Assembly: GCA_050015895.1 (NCBI GenBank)
Contig: JBEKAN010000002.1
Location: 1-39,792 of the forward strand
DNA length: 39,792 nucleotides
Direction: 5' to 3'
Origin: Verrucomicrobiota bacterium
GTDB taxonomy: Bacteria; Verrucomicrobiota; Verrucomicrobiia; Limisphaerales; Palsa-1400
Shown: positions 15,800-21,790 of the stretch, one piece after another
How the letters are laid out: each line of letters begins with the position of its first letter
Position numbering within the stretch: position 1 is the stretch's first letter
Program-made: the position numbers and the translations under genes
Notes under the pieces: generated by a model
Seen by the model: the letters and a program-made list of their open reading frames with translations, nothing else
Databases searched by the model: none
Told to the model about the DNA's origin: nothing

Positions 15800-18115
15800 T
15801 TGAAAGCGGAAAGCGCCATTTTGAAACCGGCGAATCCGGATGGGACGCGGAGGGCAAATATCCCACAAGTGTGGCTGGCGCCGGGCGTTTGCGTCTTTCT
15901 GGTCCTCGCGGTTCTGGGCGTGTTTGCGCAGACGGCGCGGTTCGACTTCATCAATTACGACGACGGGTTGAACGTGAGTCAGAACCCGGTGGTGCGGAAG
16001 GGGTTGTCCGTCCAGGCGGTGGGCTGGGCCTTTGCTCATCCGCAGGCGGCCAACTGGGTGCCTCTGACCACTCTTTCGCATATCCTGGATTGCCAGCTCT
16101 TCGGGTTGCATGCGGGCGGGCATCACTTGGTCAATGTGTTCTGGCACGCCGCCAGCGCGGTGCTGCTGTTCCTGGTGTTGCGGCGGATGACCGGCGCCCT
16201 CTGGCGGAGCGCGTTTGTGGCGGCGGTCTTCGCCGTGCATCCCTTGCGGGCGGAGTCGGTGGCGTGGGTGTCGGAGCGCAAGGACGTGTTGAGCGCGTTT
16301 TTTTTCATGTTGACAATCGGCGCTTATGTCCGGTTTGTGGAAAAGCGGAAAGAACAAAGCGGAGATTGGAACAACAGGACGAATTGCGCCATTCAGCGCG
16401 GGCGGAGATTTTATTATACGCTGGCATTGGTGTTTTTCGCGCTGGGACTAATGGCCAAGAGCATGGTGGCCACGCTGCCCTTTGTGCTGTTGCTGCTGGA
16501 TTACTGGCCGCTGGGGAGGATGGGGGGAATGAAGAATTTAGAATTTAGAATGCAGAATGGAGAAAGAGGAGAGCAGGGAAGGCCCGGGGTTCCGTTTTGG
16601 GGGTTGGTGAGGGAGAAGATTCCGATGTTCGCGATGGCGGCGGCAGTGTGCGTGGCGACGGCGCTCATGCCGGGTATGGTGCTCGGGGACGCCCAACGAC
16701 TGGCGCTCGCGGACCGCGTCGGCAACGCCCTGGTTTCCTATGGGGTCTATCTGCGGCAAATGATTTTCCCGGCGCGACTGGCCATCCCCTACCCCATCGC
16801 GCCCACTGGTCAGCCGCCGTGGAAGGTCTGTCTGGCGTTGGTCATTTTGGCCGCAATTTCCGCGGGGGTCATTGCGTTTCGGAAGAAACGTCCCTGCCTG
16901 CTGACCGGCTGGCTCTGGTACCTGGGAATGTTGGTCCCGGTCATCGGCATCCTCCAAATCTCCAAGGATTCCGCCCATGCCGACCGCTACACCTATCTGC
17001 CACAGATCGGATTGGCGCTGGCGGGGACTTGGGCGGTGGCGGATTGGAGCGCGGGCTGGAAATATCGGCGCGAGATTTTGGGCGCGTTGATGACGGCGGT
17101 CATCGCGGCGTTGATGGTGTCCGGCCATCGCCAGACATCGTATTGGAAAGACAGCGAATCGCTCTGGACTCACACCCTTTCCTGCACCTCCTCCAACATG
17201 GTGGCCTGCGACAACCTGGCCGCCGATCTGGCCCAGAAGGGCCGCTTGAATGATGCCATCGCGCAATACCAAAACGCGCTGGAAATCGCGCCCGATGACG
17301 AGGGCACGCGAAACAACCTGGGGGCCGCACTTTTTCTCAACAACGATCTGGAGGGGGCCATCGCCCAATACCGAAAAGTCATCGAGTTGAATCCCGCCTA
17401 CGAAAACGCCCACTGCAATCTGGGGATTGCCCTGGCGCGAAAGGGAAACGTGGAGGAGGCCATCGCGCAATACAGAGAAGCCCTGGATCTCAAGCCGGAC
17501 GATGAGTCGGCGCTCAGGAACCTGGGCGACGCTCTTCTCAAGTCCGGCCAACTGGACGAGGCCCCCGCCCAATACCGCAAGGCCCTGGACCTGAATGCCG
17601 AGGACGAGGAGGCCCGCTCGAACCTCGGCAGAGCCTTGCTGCAAAAGGGGGATTTGGAACAAGCCATTGTGTGCTATCAGCAGACGTTAAAACTAAACCC
17701 CCGCTCGGCGGACGCATACGACAATCTCGGCCTGGCTTACTTCAAGAAATCGGAAATCAAGCGGGCCGTGGACGCATGGCAGCAGGCGCTGCAAATCAAG
17801 CCCGACCAACTCTACGTTCTGAACAACCTGGCGTGGCTGCTGGCCACGACCGCCGACGCCTCGCTCCGCGATGGCGCAAAAGCCGTCGCGCTGGCCAAAC
17901 GGGCCGACCAGTTGAGCGGGGGCGGCGATCCGATGATCCTGCACACCCTGGCGGCCGCTTGCGCCGAGACGGGGAGTTATGAGCTGGCGGCCGCCACGGC
18001 GCGGCGCGGTTTGGAGTTGGCGGTGGCGCAAAAGAACGACGCGCTGGCCGCGACGCTGCAAAAGGAAATCAAACTCTACGAGTCGGGCAGCCCGGCGCGG
18101 GATCCGGCGCGATGA
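15800..18115 (+). CDS. Type-B (alpha subtype) paralogue: TMTC/DUF1736-like GT-C domain plus TPR block plus conserved C-terminal module (last gene of the array)
   Basis: TTG at 15800 (MKAESAILKPANPDG), 14 nt after the upstream stop. Motifs: FDFINYDDGLNVSQNPVVRKGLS, GGHHLVNVFWHAASAVLLFLVLRRMTG, AVHPLRAESVAWVSERKDVLSAFFF. TPRs and NNLAWLLATTADASLRDGAKAVALAKRADQLSGGGDP are present. Stop TGA at 18113-18115. Confidence 0.88.
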   Translation: MKAESAILKPANPDGTRRANIPQVWLAPGVCVFLVLAVLGVFAQTARFDFINYDDGLNVSQNPVVRKGLSVQAVGWAFAHPQAANWVPLTTLSHILDCQLFGLHAGGHHLVNVFWHAASAVLLFLVLRRMTGALWRSAFVAAVFAVHPLRAESVAWVSERKDVLSAFFFMLTIGAYVRFVEKRKEQSGDWNNRTNCAIQRGRRFYYTLALVFFALGLMAKSMVATLPFVLLLLDYWPLGRMGGMKNLEFRMQNGERGEQGRPGVPFWGLVREKIPMFAMAAAVCVATALMPGMVLGDAQRLALADRVGNALVSYGVYLRQMIFPARLAIPYPIAPTGQPPWKVCLALVILAAISAGVIAFRKKRPCLLTGWLWYLGMLVPVIGILQISKDSAHADRYTYLPQIGLALAGTWAVADWSAGWKYRREILGALMTAVIAALMVSGHRQTSYWKDSESLWTHTLSCTSSNMVACDNLAADLAQKGRLNDAIAQYQNALEIAPDDEGTRNNLGAALFLNNDLEGAIAQYRKVIELNPAYENAHCNLGIALARKGNVEEAIAQYREALDLKPDDESALRNLGDALLKSGQLDEAPAQYRKALDLNAEDEEARSNLGRALLQKGDLEQAIVCYQQTLKLNPRSADAYDNLGLAYFKKSEIKRAVDAWQQALQIKPDQLYVLNNLAWLLATTADASLRDGAKAVALAKRADQLSGGGDPMILHTLAAACAETGSYELAAATARRGLELAVAQKNDALAATLQKEIKLYESGSPARDPAR
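16527..16560 (+). repeat. AT-rich heptamer tract, identical to the 9177 copy
   Basis: gaatgaagaatttagaatttagaatgcagaatgg, read directly. Confidence 0.85.
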
Positions 18116-18143
18116 CCAGGCAGCCTGGAGCAGAAGAGAAGCT

Positions 18144-19355
18144 TTACTGTTTGACGAGCCGAAGCGCCAGCACATCGTGTCCCCGCACCTCGGCGCTCAA
18201 TGGCTCCCGCGTCGTGCCGAGATTCCTCTTCATCCACAGATCGCGGATTTTGTAGGAAGTGGTGTCGAATCTGGTTTCCCGGTTTGAAATGTCGTCGGCC
18301 ACTTTTTCGCTCTTCCAGTCGAAGACGAACTTCCGCGGGTCGGGGTTTCGGTTCAGAACGCACATCGCCCATGCGTCATGGGCCAGAGGCTTGAACCAAA
18401 CCTCAACGCCGTCTTTGGCCGAATACCGCAATGCCTCGATCCCAAGGGGGTCCTGGTCGAGCGCGATCACGTCCTTGTCCGTCAGAATTTTTAGCGTCTG
18501 CGGATTCATCCGGCGCAGATCGTTGCCGGAAATCAGCGGCGCGGCCAGCATGCACCACAGGGTGAAGTGCGCGCGGTCCTCGCTGTCCGTCATGCCGTTG
18601 CCCACCTCCAGCATGTCCGGGTCGTTCCAGTGGCCGGGGCCGGCGTATTTGCGCAAGGGGACCTGTTTGTCGAGGATTTCCATGACGCCGTAATCGCTGT
18701 ATCCGGGGTGCGCGCGATTTTTGTCGAAACTGGCGTAAATGTCGCCGGTGGTGCGCCAGGACTGCCCCACATCTTTGGCCCAGGTCCAGGGCTGGCTGTT
18801 GCCCCATTCGCACAGGCTGAAGAAGATGGGCCGTCCGGCGGCGCGGAGGGCGTCGCTCATTTTCTTGTAGGCGTCCGGCGCTTTGAGGCCCTGGACATTG
18901 CACCAGTCGTATTTGAGATAATCCACCCCCCAGGACGCGTAGGTCTTCGCGTCCTGGAACTCATGGTCCCGGCTGCCGGGCCGCCCGGCGCAGGTCTTTG
19001 TGCCGGCGTCCGAATAAATTCCGAACTTGAGTCCTTTGGAGTGAACGTAGTCGGCCAGCGCCTTGATGCCGGAGGGAAACCGTTTTGGATCCGCCGTGAT
19101 GTTCCCCGCCGCGTCACGCTCCCCCTGCCAGAGGTCGTCGAGGTTGACGTATTGGTATCCCGCCTCTTTCATGCCGTTGGTCGCCATCGCGTCGGCGATT
19201 TGGCGGACCAACTGCTCGCTGACCTGGCCTTGGAATTTATTCCAACTGTTCCAGCCCATCGGCGGGGTCAGCCCCAGTTGCCCGGACTTCGGGGCGCGCC
19301 CGCTGACGCAGCCGGCGCAGGCCGAACAGATGACAATCCAAAGAATTGGTCTCAT
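18144..19355 (-). CDS. GH27 alpha-galactosidase (secreted)
   Basis: Motifs: [59 protein letters not shown]. The likely start is the ATG at 19355 ([16 protein letters not shown] signal-like N-terminus) rather than the ORF maximum at 19430. This ATG overlaps the upstream stop as ATGA. Confidence 0.9.
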   Translation of the reverse strand: MRPILWIVICSACAGCVSGRAPKSGQLGLTPPMGWNSWNKFQGQVSEQLVRQIADAMATNGMKEAGYQYVNLDDLWQGERDAAGNITADPKRFPSGIKALADYVHSKGLKFGIYSDAGTKTCAGRPGSRDHEFQDAKTYASWGVDYLKYDWCNVQGLKAPDAYKKMSDALRAAGRPIFFSLCEWGNSQPWTWAKDVGQSWRTTGDIYASFDKNRAHPGYSDYGVMEILDKQVPLRKYAGPGHWNDPDMLEVGNGMTDSEDRAHFTLWCMLAAPLISGNDLRRMNPQTLKILTDKDVIALDQDPLGIEALRYSAKDGVEVWFKPLAHDAWAMCVLNRNPDPRKFVFDWKSEKVADDISNRETRFDTTSYKIRDLWMKRNLGTTREPLSAEVRGHDVLALRLVKQ

Positions 19356-19648
19356 AACGGGGAAGACACGGGGGCGAACTTCACCGAGGCGCGCGGTTCG
19401 GACATCATGGCGGCAACGGTGTCGCGCCATTTCTGGTAGTGCGCGGTTTCCTTGTGCGCGGCGGGGGCGCCGGCGTCGCGGTAGATTTCGACCAGCACGA
19501 AGCGCGAGGGGTCGTCGAGCTGTTGGATGACGTCGAAACTGGCGACGCCCGGCTCGCGCGCGCTTTGGCGGGCGTTCTCCAAGGTGGCTTGCTTGAAGGG
19601 TTCGATGAATTCGGGCTTCAGATGCGCGTGGACGTGGATGATGAGCAT
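19352..19648 (-). CDS. ABM-fold (antibiotic biosynthesis monooxygenase / YgiN-like) small protein, 98 aa
   Basis: [78 protein letters not shown] is the typical ferredoxin-like ABM pattern. Start ATG at 19648; the 90-aa upstream part of the tracked ORF lacks support. Confidence 0.75.
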   Translation of the reverse strand: MLIIHVHAHLKPEFIEPFKQATLENARQSAREPGVASFDVIQQLDDPSRFVLVEIYRDAGAPAAHKETAHYQKWRDTVAAMMSEPRASVKFAPVSSPL

Positions 19649-19761
19649 GCGATATGGATGGGCGGCGGGGCGCGGGAAGTCAAGATTTTCAAGAAGGGCA
19701 ACGGCCGGCGGCGGCTCGGAAAAATGGAGATTCAGAACGAACAACCGGCTCGCAAACCGTC

Positions 19762-19795
19762 CTGAAATTCGGCACGCCCACGGATTGAATTTCAG
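19762..19795. promoter_or_regulatory. Perfect 9-bp inverted repeat CTGAAATTC-N16-GAATTTCAG in the divergent ABM/GH27 - GH53 intergenic region (candidate operator)
   Basis: Arms at 19762-19770 and 19787-19795 are exact reverse complements. The site lies about 30 nt upstream of the predicted -35 of the GH53 promoter. Confidence 0.4.
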
Positions 19796-19825
19796 TGACG
19801 CGGGCGCAATACCTTCACCAGCGGC

Positions 19826-19853
19826 TTGACGCGCCCGGCAGGACGCATACAAT
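19826..19853 (+). promoter_or_regulatory. Sigma-70-like promoter TTGACG-N16-TACAAT for the GH53 gene
   Basis: TTGACG at 19826-19831 and TACAAT at 19848-19853. The ATG lies at 19869, which implies a very short (about 9 nt) leader. Confidence 0.5.
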
Positions 19854-19868
19854 GCAAGCCTACCTTTT

Positions 19869-20981
19869 ATGAAAGCGACACATCTGTTCGGACGGCTTCC
19901 CGTTGTTTTTCTTGTCATGGCCGCCGTCGCCGGACTGGCGGGCGGCGAGAGCGGAACGCAGGCGGGCGGCGGCGAGGCCGGCGAGCGCGTGCCCTACCGG
20001 CCCGGATACATCGTCGGCGCGGACATCTCCTCGGTCCCGGCGGCCGAGGCGCGCGGCATGAAATTCAGCGACAACGGCGCGCAAAAGGACATTCTGCAAA
20101 TCCTCAAGGACCACGGCTTCAACTACATCCGGCTGCGCCTATTCGTGGAACCAAAGAATCCGGGCGGTTACAGCCCGCAGGGCTGGTGCGATCTGCCCCA
20201 CACCATCGCCATGGCCAGGCGCGTGAAGGAGGCCGGCATGGGACTGCTGCTGGATTTCCATTACAGCGACACCTGGGCCGATCCCGGCAAACAAACCAAG
20301 CCCCTGGCCTGGCGACAGTTGCCGCTGGACCAGCTCATCCAAACCATGCGCGACTACACGCGGGACGCCGTCGCCCAGCTCAAGGCCGCCGGCGCCGAAC
20401 CCGACATGGCGCAGATCGGCAATGAAATCACTCCCGGCCTGCTCCTCAACTCCCTGCCCGGCGGGCGCGGCGGCGCGGGAGCGCAAACCGTCTCCACCCA
20501 GCCGGAAGGCAGCGCGCGCGATTGGAACATCCTCTCTTCCCTTCTCAAGGCCGGGATCGCCGGCGTCAAGGATGTGGACCCCCGGATTCTCATCGTGCTG
20601 CACATTGACAAGGGCGGCGACAACGCGGCCTCGGGCCGGTGGGTGGATGCCGCGGTGGCGCACGGCGTCTCCTTCGACATCCTGGGCGAGTCCTGTTACA
20701 CCCGGTACCAGGGCTTGCCCGCGACGTGGAAGACGAACTTCGACGACCTGGCCGCGCGCTATCCCAAGCTCTCCTTCCTCGTCGCGGAAGTCGGGTTCGA
20801 GACCGCCGAGTCAAATGCAATCATGCGCGGCCTGCCGGGTCACCGCGGCCTCGGCACGTTCGTATGGGAACCCACGCAGAACGGCAACCAACAACGACTT
20901 TTCGACAGCACCGGCGCCGTCATCCCCGAAAAGATGGCGCCCTACGACCAGATCGCGAAGGACCTCCAGGCGCGACCGTGA
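19869..20981 (+). CDS. GH53 arabinogalactan endo-beta-1,4-galactanase (secreted)
   Basis: Motifs: [60 protein letters not shown] (acid/base Glu), FLVAEVGFE (nucleophile Glu). N-terminal signal peptide [25 protein letters not shown]. Confidence 0.9.
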   Translation: MKATHLFGRLPVVFLVMAAVAGLAGGESGTQAGGGEAGERVPYRPGYIVGADISSVPAAEARGMKFSDNGAQKDILQILKDHGFNYIRLRLFVEPKNPGGYSPQGWCDLPHTIAMARRVKEAGMGLLLDFHYSDTWADPGKQTKPLAWRQLPLDQLIQTMRDYTRDAVAQLKAAGAEPDMAQIGNEITPGLLLNSLPGGRGGAGAQTVSTQPEGSARDWNILSSLLKAGIAGVKDVDPRILIVLHIDKGGDNAASGRWVDAAVAHGVSFDILGESCYTRYQGLPATWKTNFDDLAARYPKLSFLVAEVGFETAESNAIMRGLPGHRGLGTFVWEPTQNGNQQRLFDSTGAVIPEKMAPYDQIAKDLQARP

Positions 20982-21101
20982 TTCGATTTTTGCTTGATCC
21001 ATCGGGGTCACATCTTGCTATGGGCTGACATCTATTTCAAGCAACGTCAATGTGAACCTAGCTGATTGAATAAGTGTCGCACTAAATTTCTTGAGAACTC
21101 A

Positions 21102-21566
21102 ATGAAGCTGCCATATGGAGAAAGTACATGCTTCGCGGTTCCTTTGCGAGGCGGCGGGTTCGCCACTGGTGTCGTGGCACGAGCCACCAAAAAAGGAAAA
21201 ATTGTACTTTGTTACTTTTTCGGTCCTCGACTGAAATCAGTTCCGGAACTTAATCAGGTAATAGCTTTGAATCCAGCTACCCCTATCTGCGTCATTCGAG
21301 TGGGGGACTTAGGCTTGCTGCGAGGAGAATGGCCTATTATAGGAGAATTGACGTCTTGGAATCGCTTGGATTGGCCAATGCCAGTCTTTATTCGCCGAGG
21401 GACGCTTCCGCCTTATGTTAATTGGCTAGTTTATTACTCTGATATTGATCCAGCTAAGAGACTTAGGGAGGTCCGAGAGGCGAATGACAGGCCGGAACTT
21501 CGTAGGGATAGTCTATTTGGATCAGGCGCAGCTGAAATTCTTTTGTCACAACTTCTATGTCAGTGA
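21102..21566 (+). CDS. Orphan Imm26-like immunity-type protein on a low-GC islet
   Basis: The N-terminal pattern GESTCFAVPLRGGGFATGVVARATKKGKIVLCYFFG followed by IRVGDLGLLRGEWPIIGEL resembles the polymorphic-toxin immunity family Imm26 (recalled pattern GDvFaiPL-dGxyg-G-Vl ... W-viG). ATG at 21102 is preferred over TTG at 21066. Local GC is about 40-45%. Confidence 0.45.
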   Translation: MKLPYGESTCFAVPLRGGGFATGVVARATKKGKIVLCYFFGPRLKSVPELNQVIALNPATPICVIRVGDLGLLRGEWPIIGELTSWNRLDWPMPVFIRRGTLPPYVNWLVYYSDIDPAKRLREVREANDRPELRRDSLFGSGAAEILLSQLLCQ

Positions 21567-21790
21567 ACCAATGTTCAATGCTCGTTATTCGTCCATACGT
21601 TTAATCGCAAAGGGGCGGGAAGCGCAAAGCCGCCGGAGCAGGCTGAGGTTTTCTGCATTCGGGCTGACTCTCGCCAGCCGAGGAGCAAACGGTTGTTTGA
21701 CCGGCCGGATCGCTCGCCCGTGCTCTGATTTGTGGGGGAGCGCTTTCCTGGATGGGCTGCATGGACGGCGTGGACGGCCTGGGGGCCAGT

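Noticed and set aside
1-18115. Regularly spaced short repeats that could be mistaken for a CRISPR-like or satellite array.
   Set aside because: The periodicity is 102 nt, which equals one 34-aa TPR unit in an open reading frame. There are no unique spacers, no leader and no cas genes.
18116-18143. Possible bidirectional terminator between the convergent last TPR gene and the GH27 gene (CCAGG-CAG-CCTGG).
   Set aside because: It has only a 5-bp stem with a 3-nt loop and no T or A tract. This is too weak to call.
20982-21620. The low-GC islet as a mobile element with target-site duplications (GTGAACC near 21052 and 21563).
   Set aside because: It is only a 7-nt coincidence-level repeat, with no integrase, transposase or tRNA and no inverted terminal repeats. 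I kept it as a compositional islet only.
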